This document shows, in pieces, positions 24,625-37,437 of a stretch of 64,000 nucleotides of DNA. Origin of the DNA: Octopus sinensis (taxonomy: Eukaryota). The stretch spans positions 19,902,001-19,966,000 of the forward strand of contig NC_043015.1 in assembly GCF_006345805.1 (NCBI RefSeq), given 5' to 3'. Each line of letters begins with the position of its first letter. Positions within the stretch are counted from its first letter, which is position 1. The notes under the pieces were generated by a model that searched no databases, was not told the origin of the DNA, and saw only the letters and a list, made by a program, of their open reading frames with translations. Both the position numbers and the translations under genes were made by a program.

Positions 24625-25890
24625 GTGTGTGTGTGTGTGTGGAGGAGGAAGACTAACAAAAACACGAAAAGAAGTTGTCTTGAGCTGAGCTGGGGTGCTA
24701 GATTCCTTTGTTCGAAAATATAAGGACACAAATCATGTCATATAGCCAGCTGGAGATGATGCCTCCTGCGGCTAAATTACAGCAACATTCGTCCTAAACC
24801 AGGACTGCCATGTTATGTTGGCGAAAATCTTTACTCCAAAGTACTGTTGCTGAATATCTCTCATTGTGAGATTTAAAAATAGTAATTTTCTAAGTTGTGA
24901 AAGTTGATCTCAAGAAGCTGAACTTCACAAAGGCTACTTTAAACTACCAGGAGCTGTGCCGGAGATGGCCAGTTTTATCTATGCAAGCATGGAAACAGCT
25001 GAAGAGGATGACGATGACATCATCACTTAATGTCTACTTTTGCATATATGCATGGGTCAGATGGAATTTGTTGAGGCAGATTTTCTATGGCTGAATGCCC
25101 TCCCGGTTGCCAACTCTCATTTGTTTCCATGAAAGATAAGAAACAAACATCATTTACTCCCATGACTTTCAGAAACATTTTTTCACACTCAGAGTTGCTG
25201 AAGCATGGAACAAACTACCTTCATCGGTTGTTAGTTGCCAAGACATTGCATCCTTTAAAACTTTCATGCTTCCTGAAATTCGCCAACACTACACCTGATA
25301 TCCAGTTCCCTCTATACACATGCACACATACATCATGACTCATATACTGTACATGCACCTTTGATGAGTTGTAGTGCACCTGAGCACCAAACAATAATTT
25401 CATTATTATTATGACAGAACACTTATTTACAACCATCTCATGATGTTAGTACAAGGGAACAGACACACACATTGTATCCGAGATTATAAAAATCAATGTT
25501 CTTCCTTTTTTCAGACAACACTGTGTGATCTGAGGGAGAGTTAACTGCTATTTTCAGCACAGGATGCAACCATATAGAGGCGTCCTTGTTGATTCTATCA
25601 TAGGGAAAACAGTAAAATGATAGTTGTGTTAGTTATAAGTAAAGTAAAAATTTGAAAATGACTAGTCAGGAATTGGAACAGTCACAGATTCAACATTCCA
25701 AAAGTTTATTAGTTTGTCTTTGGTATGGAGCCAAACATCTTTCAGTAATAAAAACAAACTAACTCTCAATATTATGATTCATTCCTCAGTTTGGCTCATT
25801 TAGTTTATTGATAATATGACAGGCAAAAGCATCAGGCAACCTAAGAAAAACAGGGACGTTGTCAATAAACTAAAACACAATAAAGCTTAC

Positions 25891-25932
25891 CTTTACAACA
25901 TCAGGTCCAGTAATGAAGAGGTAAGATGTATC
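25891..25932 (-). CDS. PCCB: PCCB exon 8 (DTSYLFITGPDVVK); last PCCB exon found in the window
   Basis: tttcag|GAT ... AAG|gtaagc; 42 nt; matches the conserved PCCB motif. Confidence 0.96.
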
Positions 25933-25977
25933 CTGAAATGAGAAAAGGATGCAATTTAAATAATGCTCAGAAACATT

Positions 25978-26192
25978 AATCTTTTCTACTATACACACAA
26001 GGCCAGAAATTTTTGGGGAATGGGCAAGTCAATTACATCAACCCCAGTACTTAACTGGTACTTAATTTATCGACCCCAAAAGGATGAAAGGCAAAGTCGA
26101 CCTCGGTGGAATTTGAACTCAGAACAAAATACTGGCAGATGAAATACCGCTAAGCATTTCACCCGCATGCTAACAATTCTGCCAGCTTGCCA
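25978..26192 (-). mobile_element. Nin/Deu-like SINE
   Basis: Reverse complement of the 4093 family. Confidence 0.85.
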
Positions 26193-27568
26193 CTGCACAG
26201 AAACATTAATATTACAACATAAACCAACTAAATCATTCTTAAAAACTGATTTGCAACCAAATAAAATACAGAAAATTGAGTGGTCACTCTCAGATAATCT
26301 AAATCCATTTTACATATCTGAATAGATTATATTTGTGTGCATTTTAAATCCCCAGTGGACGTTTTATGACAATCTTAGTGTTTGTAAAGTGGTGGCCTCC
26401 AAATTGATGCTGCACTGTGACCAAAATATTAAACTCTCAAATACCCAAGAAAAAATATCATAATTATCATCATCATCATTGTTTTAATGTCCACTTTCCC
26501 ATGCTTGCAAGGGGTGGACAGATTTTATTGATGCAGATTTTCTACAGCCAGATGCCCCTCCTCATGTTAGCCCTCACCTATTTCCAAGGAACGTAATATT
26601 CCTCCATGGCCAGGCATGTTTATGCAGAAGATTGTAAATGAAGGACGCTGCTTGTATGACGGTGATGCTCATTTACAATGATCACATAATGCCAAGACAA
26701 AAACACACACAAACACAGCTGATGCCAGTGTTTCATAACTGGCACATAAAGAGCACCCACTACACATTTGGAGTGGTTGACATCAGGAAGAGCATTCAGC
26801 TGCAGAAACCATACCAAATCAAATTGGAACCTGGTGCAGCTCCCTAGCTTACCAGTTTTCAGTCAAACCATCCAACCCATGCCAGCATGGAAAATGGACA
26901 CTAAATGATGATGATGATGACAAACACATGCACACACACATACATGTATGTATGTAGTACATACACAAACACACACACTTCTTTCAGTTTCTGTCTACCA
27001 AATCCACTCACAAAGCTTTATAATCAAATTATGGTGCAAGACAAATAAGTCTCATTTGGACTTTAGAAAATTATATGTAAACTGAGCCCCACGGATGTTA
27101 CTGGTACAGAATAAAAACTACTATCTTTGAGCCATTGGTATTTAGATTGCTCCCACCCAGCTGTTATAAAAACTAAAATGCCATTAAATCAATTCTGCTA
27201 CACCCATCATTAAGAATGCATTTCTTCCAACAGAAGCCTTCTCCAAAACATCACAATCCAAATCCTCAAACAACATAAGTTCCTTATATTTTACAAATTT
27301 TATTAATGACATAATACCATTCAAAACGGGAAAACTCACAAAATCACATTTAAAATGACGCTTTCCCTCGGTTTAATTTCTTTCAAGTGTTTTATATGAA
27401 AGTGGGGACACGTTTAACATTATCTGTAACATGAATACAGAAGCATTTAAATGGGGGCACGTTTCATATCCTAAATCTTTGTACCCTACAGATGACCATA
27501 ATTAAAAACAATCTTTAGTACTAATGAATGAAGTCCCAAACCATATTTACAAAACATTCATCTCTTAC

Positions 27569-27618
27569 CTTAACCATGAATGTAAAATCCGTCAAAGCTG
27601 GTGAATAAACAGCACCAC
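27569..27618 (-). CDS. PCCB: PCCB exon 7 (G-GAVYSPALTDFTFMVK)
   Basis: ttttag|GT ... AAG|gtaaga; 50 nt, phase 1-0, in frame with exon 6. Confidence 0.97.
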
Positions 27619-27886
27619 CTAAAATATTGATGGAAAAAAAAATCAAAAATGTAACAAAGGATATCATGGATATAAAAGATATAAAAGAGAGGAAATTCTC
27701 ATATACACAAGGCACTTTTATGCCAGTCAAGCATAACCCATCCCCTGTTATACATCTATAGCAGTGGAGCTAGATCACCTGAACACATCAGTTAATATAT
27801 TTAACACCTACACTATTCAACCTTTTAATAATTCTATTTGATTATAGCCAATATGTTGGTTGGGTGACTTTCAAAGTCACTGTTTA

Positions 27887-28075
27887 CATACATACATACA
27901 GACAGACAGGCATACAGACGGACAGACAGAGAGGCATACATACATACAGACAGACAGAGAGGCATACATACATACAGACAGACAGAGAGAGAGAGATCGC
28001 AAGGGAGGTGGAGTAAAAGAAAGAGATAGAGCGCAAGGGAGATGGAGTAAAAGAAAGAGAGAGAGAGAGAAAATT
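27887..28075. repeat. Compound (ACAT)/(ACAG)/(AG) microsatellite with higher-order units
   Basis: Read directly from sequence. Confidence 0.85.
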
Positions 28076-28339
28076 ACCAAGAGAGGTACAGGATGAGTAT
28101 AATAACTTTCTGAAAAATACACAACTTTGATGAAATTTTGTGGTGACAGGTTTTTGATGGAGTAGATTGTGATTACATTGATAATGTTTAGAAAAATGAC
28201 ATATATTTATTGCAGGTACATAAATAAGAAACTAATTTTGAAGTAATAACCATTTTCCTTTGGAAAATTAGTATTTATTTCATCATTTTGTTTAAGCACC
28301 AAGAAATTTTAAGTTGAATTATAATTATTACATGTCTTG

Positions 28340-28725
28340 TTATTGTTTTAACATCCACTTTTCCAGGCTTGCATGGGTCAGATGGAATTTGTCGCAGCTG
28401 GATGCCCTCCCTCCGGTGAACCCTCACCCATTTTCAAAAAGGGTAATATATACTCATGGCTAGACATATTTTCATAGAAGACTGGAAACAAACGGCACTG
28501 CTTGAACACCATTGACACTCACAGCTATCATGTGATGTCAAGGCAAGGAGACAATAACACACATGTGACAGGCTTCTTCCAGTTTCCACCTACCAAATCA
28601 ACTCACAAGGGTTTTGGTTGATCCAAAGCCATAGTAAAAGACACTTGTGCAAGGAGCCATGCAGTGGGATTGAACCTGAAACCATTTGGTTGGGAACCAA
28701 ACTTCTTACCACACAGCCACACCTG
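28340..28725 (-). mobile_element. CORE-like SINE with RTE-type 3' end
   Basis: Head at ~28720 (CACAGCC); terminus ACATCCACTTTTCCAGGCTTGCATGGG. Confidence 0.7.
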
Positions 28726-29451
28726 CTTCTCTACACCATTGCTATCAATGATTTCTTACACTGTGACACAAGGCAAAAACTTAGGGGATCCCCATTAAAA
28801 GTAGAGCCCCAAAGCTTTTTTACATTCAATGTATCTCAATGATTTGATTCCCTTTATATACAGCTGCAGATACTCCTGCTACACACATCAAGCGATGCCT
28901 TTTCAACACTACCAGTTGATACCTTTAGCTTTGATACAAGCATTCAGACCAGACCCCACCTCATTTTCGATTCCTGAGCCATGTTTTTACTGTAGATGTT
29001 TAGGATTGACTTCAACCACATCTATCTCACCAATCCTGCAAAGGCTATGGATACAATTCCCCAAAACCATCCTCTGACAAATTCATATATAAAAACAAAA
29101 AGTTTAATGCATAACCAATATATAACAATCAATCCGTATGTATTACTGGTACTTTATAAACATCAGACTGGAATCAAAAGATGTCGACTCCAAAACAAAC
29201 TGGTATCAGAAAGAAAGAAGTGGTAATTCTGTTCTATATTATATTCATAATTTCAACTTAGAATAATAATGTACTAACATAGGATTATGTAAAGTATCCA
29301 GCTCAACATATATTTCAGTCTTCTATTATCACTCTATTTACATCCAAAATGCTTAACAGCAATATCAAGCCAATATTAATAATTAATAAATATTTTATAT
29401 TTATTGTCACAGTAGGGTAAAATGTAAAGCTGACATTTACAGGAATATCAA

Positions 29452-29766
29452 GGCATGTAAAAAGCACCAACCAATCGTGACCGATGCTAGTATCCCTGAC
29501 TGGCTCCTGTGCCGGTGGGACATAAAAAGCACCATCCAAACGTGATCATTGCCAGGCCTGCCTCACTGGCTCCTGTACTGGTGGGACTTAAAAAGCACCC
29601 ACTACACTCTTGGAGTGGTTGGTGTTAGGAAGGGCATCCAGCTGTAGAAACTTTGCCAGATCAGATTGGAACCTGGTGCAGCCGCTGGCTCTCCAGACCT
29701 CAGTCAAACCATCCAACTCATGCTAGCATGGAAAACAGACACATGATGATGATGATGATGATGATG
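29452..29766 (+). mobile_element. RTE 3' end (three AAAAAGCACC units)
   Basis: Shared terminus and (GAT)n tail. Confidence 0.8.
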
Positions 29767-30033
29767 AAAACTAAATGCTTCAAATACTGCCCAATGCATT
29801 GATACTTTTGCCAATGGTTTTTACCAAATTCCTACCTTAGCAGTAAAGCAATAAAGCTCTTTAAACCAAATATTTATTAAGTTTTAGACATCCACTATTA
29901 CAGAATATTTTCCCACTTTAGAGTGATGAAGGGCCAAATCAACAAGGTAGAATTTGAACTCATAATTCTAAAGTAACAAGTTGTTCATTCATCACATAAA
30001 CAAACCACTAATTATTTAAGAACATAAACTTAC

Positions 30034-30094
30034 CAGCACAAGGTCCCATGATAACTGATATCTGTGGAATAACACCTGATGCCATCACATTTCT
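30034..30094 (-). CDS. PCCB: PCCB exon 6 (RNVMASGVIPQISVIMGPCA-G)
   Basis: ttacag|AGA ... GCTG|gtaagt; 61 nt, phase 0-1. Confidence 0.97.
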
Positions 30095-30610
30095 CTGTAA
30101 GGATGAATAAGTAAATGGGTCACAATACAACATAAAAGAAATACACAGATAGGATTCATTCCATCCCTTAACATTTTCAGTTGTGCAAAAGAACCTTAGA
30201 TGAAGTAAAGCACTCGACAGATTTCACAAAGTAAATGTTCAGAAGATTATCATCATTTAACGTCTGTTTTCCATGCTGGCATGGGTCAGATAGATTGGCT
30301 AGAGCTTGCAAGCTGTACCAGGTTCCAGTCGTCAGCTTTGGTTTGGTTTCTACAACTGGATGCCATTCCTAATGCCAACCACTTCACATAGTGTATTGGG
30401 TGCTTCTTATGTGACACCAGCATGAATGCTTCTCACGTGGCACAGGGGTTTCATACATGGCACCATCATGGATGCTTGTTATGCAATGCCAGCACAGGTA
30501 CTTGTTACATGGCACTGGAACAGGTCCTGGCTACATGGCGCCAGCATGGGTGTTTTTTATGTGGAACTAGCACTAACATACATTTAGCATTTCAGGAGGG
30601 AATTCTTTAG

Positions 30611-31212
30611 CCCTTTTATTACCATATTTCTATAAAAATACACTGCTTTTCACATTATTTACATTTGACAGATATTTGTCCTCATCTTGTTTGTTGTTAA
30701 CATGTTTCAGCTGATATACCCTCCAGCTTTCATCAAGTGTCCTGGGTAAATTTCAAACTTGGGTTCTCATTCCTAAGGTATTTTTCAATATTATTATTAT
30801 TATTATTCAGGTCACAGCCTGGAATCGAACTCAGAATCTTGGGGTTAGTATCCCACGCTCTTAACCACTACACCATATGAACAGGTTCAAAATTTCCTCA
30901 AGACACCTGATGAAGGCGAGACGGTATATCAGCTGAAAAGTTGTGTTAACAACAAACAAGATGAGGACAAATACCCGTCAAGTGTAAATAATGTACATAA
31001 TCCCTCATCTCTTAAATATAGAACTGTATTACACTGCTTTTGTTTCAATTAACTTTGAAAATAAAAATTAGCAAATAAAAGTCATTAATTAATCTGTTGG
31101 AAAATAAATTAACATAAAATTTTGATGGAAAGTTTTAATTTAGATGATTATAAAACAGTGTATTGGTATCCTAGAACTAGGAGCAATGTCTGGTGGGTTG
31201 GTATTAAAAGGG
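30611..31212. mobile_element. piggyBac-type MITE interrupted by hammerhead element copy 2
   Basis: Termini CCCTTTT / AAAAGGG-TTAA; removing 30651-31029 and one TSD restores a ~210-bp element like 144-365. Confidence 0.7.
30651..31029 (-). mobile_element. tRNA-head + hammerhead-tail fold-back element, copy 2, 12-bp TSD
   Basis: Minus-strand head 30808-30879; inverted tail from 30882; TSD TACACTGCTTTT at 30639-30650 and 31030-31041. Confidence 0.87.
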
Positions 31213-33115
31213 TTAATCTTACAGCAGACAACCCTGTTAATGCCAGTGGAATGGTTAAAATGCATTCTGTCCAAACCGCAAAGTATTTGCATTTGGCAAC
31301 AGTAAGGGCATCCGGGCATAGAAACCATGTCGGAACTTAAATATATGCAACAACAAAGATTGGTAGTTTTATTTTGTGGACCTAATAACAAAGGATTGCA
31401 ACAAGGGGTGAAACCCATCCAAACCAAACAAACATAGAACAGACATAAAATGGCAAGTTTAGTAAATTAGCCTTGCCAATTACAACAACCAGATGAATCT
31501 AACAATAATACATATGGGTAATCAGTCACTGTCAAGTACTTTGTAAATCATCGAGATATAATTTAAGAGAAGTCTGTGTAAAAATGAAAAATTTGTAGGA
31601 TGAAAGAGTGAAATACAGTTTACATCTACCAGATCCACTTATAATGCTTTGGTTAGCACAGGGTTTATAGTAGAAGACACTTGCCCAAAGTGCCATGTAG
31701 TGGCTCAGAATCCAAAGCCATATGGCTGGAGAGCAAACATCTTAACTATTCGGCCACGCTTGCTCCTAGTGGAAATGAAATCGTTTTGATAGTTTTTGAC
31801 AATTGTATATTGTTGGAAGAAATCCTTGCTCACAGCGATTTATTCAATTGTCAAGTGTAACTTCAAGAGGCGAGTCTGAAAGATCTAAGAGGAGTTACGT
31901 CCCTTACATAGGAGCTGCAAGAACAGCTAAAATATGTTTTAATTTCAAAGTTAATTATATATTTATCTTAAAGGATGAAGTAAAAGAAAAACAAAGCCAG
32001 GAAGTTCAGAATTTTCACCTGATAAAGACAACAGAGACTGTGCTAGCCTGTAGCACAAACATATATATGTGGCCACATGGAAGGCCGTAAGGTAAAGCAG
32101 GCCAAATACACTGGACAAGAACACATGGAGAGAAACAATGTAAGAAAAGAATTTCTCTCTTGCTCTCTTTCTCTCAATCGTTCCTTTCTATTAAAAAAAA
32201 CCCATTAACTTCAACTCTTAATTGGCTTCAGGTGGACTAGTTTAAAAATCTAAGAAAAAAAATTTTTTATCCTGAATTAATCTGTGCTAATGAGGCTTAA
32301 TAAAGCTGAAATGGGACTACACCTGGATATTCTGATAATAAAGGATCTTATGATAAAATATGTATGCTCTTCTCTTTCCTCTCATTTCCTTCCACTGAGA
32401 GAGAAAAAAAAAGAACAAAGGAACTTGCCAACTTAAAAACTAGTAAAAAAGATAAAAGCAAGCAGCAAGCACATAGATTATAACATGGATAATAAACTTT
32501 AATCTTTTGAGATATGAAGGAGTCATGCAATACCTTAAGAATAGACCCCACTGTGCCTTGTTATAAAATATGGATACATACTAGCTGGCCCCATGTCATC
32601 AAAAATGACAGCTAATCGTATTATTTTATATTTAAATAAGGACAAAAGATAGAATATGGATGGTAAATAAAATTAATACACTTGTCAATGTCATCTAGGG
32701 GTTGTCTTTTAAGATGTGACATCAATCATCGTTTGTTACTGAAAGAACACTGGTTCACATACTTCTCTTGTACACGCACACACATACACTTACACAGAGT
32801 TGAAACGCTGTTTCATTTTCTTTTTCAGCGTTCAATGTTCACCATCCTCACTTCCATTGCACACACACACACACACACACACACACAACTACTCACATAA
32901 TACCTCCCTTTTACATACACAGACATATATTCAGAGTTGAAACACTGTTTTGATTTTTTTTTTTTTTCCATCGTAGAATTTCCATCATGTTTGCCATCAC
33001 CACTTCCTTTCTCATTCATAAGTTGTGACAGAGAAAAACACAAGAGTATTATTAGAGTATATGAAGCAGTTCAAGAGAAACAGAAAGGGAAGAAGAGAAG
33101 AGGAACTAAGAATTA

Positions 33116-33253
<138 letters not shown>

Positions 33254-33419
33254 CTATAAAAAATAAAAATGTACAAATGCAGATATGAATAAATAAAATG
33301 GTACCCGACTATAATCACAGTCTAATGACTAGAACCAGTAAAAGAATACATCGAATTAGAACAATCAATAATTTGCTTTTTGTTTTTGTTTGTGTGTGTT
33401 TGTCCCACCACCACCATTG

Positions 33420-33740
33420 GTTAGCTCACCAATTCTTTCTGTTTCTACATCTTTCTTTAGTACATTTGCATAAATTGGTATGGGACACCCTTTCCTTCAA
33501 TGCCTGTATGTTAGCTCCAATATCACCAGCTGGCTGGCCAAGAGCTCCCACTGCATCTGGTAATGACCAACCAACCTCAATCTGCTGACTTCTTGTTGTG
33601 TTTGATGTTAAGCATTGCATGAGGTATTTTGGTGTAGTACGATTCCTAAAACTTCTGCAGTACAGACTTCAGAGTTCAGAATTCACAGCCACAAAGTAGA
33701 ACAGATTCTACAGTTACATAAAAGAAGCCGACCTCAACCA
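33420..33740 (-). pseudogene. Decayed LINE (RTE-like) ORF2 C-terminal remnant in PCCB intron 4
   Basis: VESVLLCGCEF*TL...YTKIPHAMLNI, then RLRLVGHY...LASQLVILE...VLKKDV in another frame. Confidence 0.7.
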
Positions 33741-33817
33741 ATATTCCTGGAAGTCTGGAGAAAAACCATAAAATACTAAAAAAAACAGATTTCTAATAAT
33801 TAATTATCATTACTTAC

Positions 33818-33874
33818 CTTACAGACCTTTTTGGCATGAGCCCCAGATAAGCTGCCTCCAAATACTGTAAAGTC
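33818..33874 (-). CDS. PCCB: PCCB exon 4 ([19 protein letters not shown])
   Basis: tttcag|GAC ... AAG|gtaagt; 57 nt; carboxyltransferase DFTVFGGSL motif. Confidence 0.97.
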
Positions 33875-34428
33875 CTGAAAGCATAAATTGTTTACAAACA
33901 TGGTGAGCAATATAGAGAAAATGTCAGCTTCTAGTTAGATTTATATGATGGGGCTTCAGTCCCGAAATAATATCAATTCATTTCCCTTCACTTATATTGT
34001 TAATGTCCTCAATTTTCTTCCCTTGCTCTACATAAGAACTTCATATTTTACAACTGTTGATAAAATATATCCCACCATCAGCTATAATAATCTTAAGTAC
34101 CCATTTCTTAACTTCAGATTTAGTAATATTAAGCAAATGAGGGATAATCTCCCCTTGGCTATCTAACACAGACTACATTTCATTTCCCTTTTTATGCCTT
34201 AGAAAAGGAAGGAGAGTATTCACGACCATTTTGTAAATCCTCCAAGAATAGTAAAAAAAAAAGAAAAGTTACTCTAACTGAAGATCTAGACCAACTGCTA
34301 GCAACAGGATTAAATCTACCATTCAATTAGAAATCCATTTCTTAAAACAGTAATCAGTGTATGGAGACTTAAATGTTTAGATTACTGACGTATATATTTA
34401 TTAGTTAATACAAATACAAGCTACTCAC

Positions 34429-34497
34429 CTGGCTAAATATAAATACTTGTTGACCAAATATTTTCCCTCTACCTGTAATAACACTGTCACCAGGATA
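34429..34497 (-). CDS. PCCB: PCCB exon 3 (YPGDSVITGRGKIFGQQVFIFSQ)
   Basis: ttttccag|TAT ... CAG|gtgagt; 69 nt, phase 0-0; matches FPGDSVVTGRG..NGR.V.VFSQ. Confidence 0.96.
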
Positions 34498-35015
34498 CTG
34501 GAAAATAAAACCAACAGTTTTGTTATACACCAAAATGTACTGTAATAAAAAAAAACTGCTTATTGATTAATTTGGAGTATGTAAATTTTACTAAAAGAAA
34601 GCAATTATTAAAGTCTACACTCTCTGGAAAATTGTTATAAATTCAAATTTTAAAATTTTTTGTTTTTAATCAAAATGTTGATTTTCAAGTTTTTGTTATT
34701 GAAGATTACATGATTCAATCACAAAACTAATTTTTAGTCATTGCAACATAGCTAAACAGTGAAAGAGCATTTTTTAATGTCTCTGTTTATATTTCTAGAA
34801 ACATAAAGGTTGCCAAATCTCTACAGACATATCAGCAAAACCATTTCTCTAAATTATAAGTTTAATCCAGCATCAGCCAAATTATGTTGAATTCCAGAGT
34901 CCTTTCATACTTTCTGGGTGACGTTGAAGAAATAGAAAGCTGAATAAGTGATTTTAATTTACTTATGTCAATTGTATCAAATATAAACTTGTGCCATTTT
35001 CTCTATTTGATCTAT

Positions 35016-35465
35016 CATCATCATTTAATGTCCATTGTCCCTATTAGAATGGGTTGGACAGTTTGAGTGGGCTGGCACACTGGAAGGCTGTGCCAGGATC
35101 CAATCTGATTTGTATGGTTTTCTACGGCTGGATGCCCTTTCTAACGTCAACCACTCCGAGAGTGTAATGGATGCTTTTATGTGCTACCGGCACGGGTGCC
35201 ATTTACATGACACCAGTATCTGTCACGACTGCAATTTTGCTCAGCTTGATGTGTCTTCTCATGCACAACATAATGCCAAAGATCTTGGTCATTGCCTCCA
35301 TGAGGCCCAACACTCGAAAGGAACTCAGCCACTTTGCCTCTTTAAGGCCCAATGCTTGAAAGCTACCTCTCCTCTGTGAGGCCCGCTTGAAAGGAACTTA
35401 GCCACCTCACCTCCATGAGGTTCAACACTGGAAAGAAACTCAGCCACTTTGCCTCTGTGAGGCCC
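35016..35465 (-). mobile_element. RTE 3' end (minisatellite subfamily, about 4 units)
   Basis: (CAT) tail; GAGGCCC...GGAACTCAGCCACTTTGCCTC units at 35300-35463. Confidence 0.8.
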
Positions 35466-35652
35466 AAAAGAATAACCATTATTACTGGAGATAAATTCTT
35501 AGTGTCTTTGAATGCTTGATATTATTCTAAATCAATTTCCTAAGTGAATGAATAAAGAATACAAAAGGAAATCAAACATAACATCAAAAAAATTGAGAAT
35601 TAGCTATAAAGCATCCATTCGTTTCTTTGATGTCTATTTTCTGTATTATTAC

Positions 35653-35765
35653 CTTTTCTTCTCCATTCCAAAGTCAATACAGCTATGCTCCAAGAACTGA
35701 TCATATTCAACAAAAGAACCAGGATCAAGCAAGACGTGGATTCTTTGACGAGCTGTTAATTTACC
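35653..35765 (-). CDS. PCCB: PCCB exon 2 ([37 protein letters not shown])
   Basis: cag|GGT acceptor, AG|gtaata donor, classic PCCB motif. Length is 113 nt, 1 nt short of the phase needed to join exon 3. Confidence 0.93.
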
Positions 35766-35900
35766 CTGCGGAGAAAAACAAAATACAGAAAATATATTAA
35801 GCTGAAATGAATTTATAAATAGAAATATCATTATTTCTAAATCTCTCGAAAAGAGATATTCAGTAACATTTGCCAACATGTGGATGTCCTGTCAGGGGTC

Positions 35901-36036
35901 ACTACTACTGTTGTTTAACCCCAGGATGTGCTGGATGGGAGTGCTGAACTCCCTGTTCGAAAATATAAGGGCACAGATATTGTGTCGTATAACCAGCTGG
36001 AAATGATGTTTCCTGGGGTTGACCAACAGTAGTAGT
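35901..36036. repeat. 26-bp inverted repeat (fold-back)
   Basis: ACTACTACTGTTGTTTAACCCCAGGA (35901-35926) vs reverse complement of 36011-36036, 24/26 match. Confidence 0.8.
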
Positions 36037-37437
36037 CGTCCCTTCCAGGACAGCCACATTATGTCGGCAAATAGAATTTATAAACGTTTTTAAAATATGA
36101 ACTAAGTTTAATTTTATTGTTTTTTAATTTCTTTGAAGTAAGGGAAAAAAACCTCAGCAAAGTTTTGTTAGAGTGATTATAAGTGGTGGCTTAAAACAAC
36201 GTAAAGTAATATTTTGTAATCATAAAGTCCAGGATTAAAAAGAAAGCATCCCTCTGATTAGCAAATCCACACAATTTAAAAATCTTTATTCAGTCAAGAG
36301 TCATAGATAATCAAGCTGTTGTTTAGGTACCAAACTAGCAACTAACAGTTTATACCCAGTCATTAATGAGGGGTTTTTTTTGGTTTTTTATTAATGCTTT
36401 TATCTTTTTCTACAGATACTCCCACATCATCATCATCATTTACCAACCGCTTTCCATGCTGGCATGGGTTGGACAGTTTGATGGAGATCTGGCAAGACAG
36501 TGGGCTTCAATCTGATCTGGCAATTTTTCTACAGGTGGATGCTCTTCCTAACACCAACCACTCTGAGAGTATAGTGGGTGCTTTTTGCATGCCACCAGCA
36601 TGGGAGCCAGTCAGGTAGTACCAGTCACAGCTATGATTTTGATTTTACATGACTCAACAGGTTTTTTCAAGCATATCATACCACCCGACGCTTCAAGGTT
36701 ACTTTTAAATGGGTCGATCATGCAACACTGACACTGGCCCCTAGCTGCAGTCTCACTTCACCTGTCAGATCTTTTCAATCACAGCATATCTCCAAAGGTT
36801 TCAGCCTCTTGAAATGCAGGGTGGCCACGTATCTTCCCATTTGCTTGTCCCTGGCATAAAAATCTCCTCTCAAATACTCTCCCCACTTAGTCAAGAGAGC
36901 TTTTCCTTCTTGTTCTTATTTTGTAAGTTATGTGGCAACCTCACTAGTGCTGGTGGCATGAAAAAATGCACCCAGTATACACAACAAAGTGGTTGGCATT
37001 AGAAAGGGTATTCAGCTGTAGAAACCATGCTAAAGCTGACATGGAACATGACGCAGTATAGTGGCTGACCAGATCCCCTCAAACAATCTAACTCTTGCCA
37101 GTATGGAAAACAGTTGTTAAACGATGATGATGATAATGCCTTTATCCCAGTGTTTTTCATAAAGCCTGTAGGGTTCAAAAAGAGGCAGACAAATTGTCAG
37201 GTATAATAAAATTAAGATAGTTTAAGACTTTTCCAACACCACAATGATGAAGGAAGGATTATAAGGATACAAGTCACCTTGTCTCCTCACTAAGAATTGG
37301 AAAGACAGAAATTTCCTTAATATATCAGTGGGGGGTAAGGGTGGGGTGATATATGTCCCTTTGAGAACTGTTACCTTAATTAGAAAAGAAAGGATAGTGT
37401 CTATGCTCCTATCCAGAGCTTCCATGACAGGCTAGAG

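Noticed and set aside
33430-33645. 216-nt open segment with AG/GT ends in PCCB intron 4, resembling a cassette exon
   Set aside because: The other frames carry decayed LINE ORF2 motifs (VESVLL.GCE, RLRLVGH), and the PCCB phase-0 frame contains a stop.
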